Of a stretch of 64,000 nucleotides of DNA, positions 63,856 through 64,000 are shown one piece after another. The notes beneath the pieces were generated by a model. That model ran no database searches. It had not been told where the DNA came from and saw nothing but the letters and a program-made list of their open reading frames with translations. The translations under genes were made by a program, and so were the position numbers. Source of the DNA: Laetmonice hystrix (Eukaryota). The stretch lies in the NCBI GenBank assembly GCA_965235115.1, contig OZ249437.1, positions 34,596,001 through 34,660,000 on the forward strand. The letters run 5' to 3'. Each line of letters begins with the position of its first letter. Position 1 is the first letter of the stretch.

Positions 63856-64000
63856 AAATGTTACTAAAAGTTGTTGCTTTCCCCGTAAGTACTTCTGTTG
63901 TAATTAACACTTTAAAGGTCTTTTATTATATCTGATGCGATTTCCTTCCAACTGCCCTTGAATATTCCTATATCAAAATCAGAAAGTGACCATTTAGCTT

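Noticed and set aside
1-64000. tRNA, rRNA, prokaryotic operons or defence systems
   Set aside because: None recognisable; the window is intron-rich metazoan DNA.

Overview
Eukaryotic (metazoan, probably invertebrate deuterostome such as an echinoderm; inferred only from gene structure and repeat content) genomic DNA. The supplied ORF track is fragmented by introns. By hand I assembled one + strand gene of 106 frame-consistent coding exons from ATG 4015 to at least 62887 (about 19.07 kb CDS, about 6,360 aa). It encodes a signal peptide, about 33 highly diverged ~140-160 aa CARDB-like beta-sandwich repeats, 4 EGF, TSP1, 3 EGF, a MUC4/SUSD2-type NIDO-AMOP-VWD module, a linker and at least 7 more EGF-like modules; no transmembrane segment was seen. 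A paralogous gene with the same repeat type starts head-to-head on the - strand (ATG 2289) and runs towards the left edge. Introns hold a 5.3 kb DIRS-type tyrosine-recombinase retrotransposon (intact termini and ICR, decayed ORFs), several MITE-like elements and many minisatellites. At least four of the minisatellites are tandem amplifications of the gene's own splice junctions. All exon calls are manual and lack RNA evidence.
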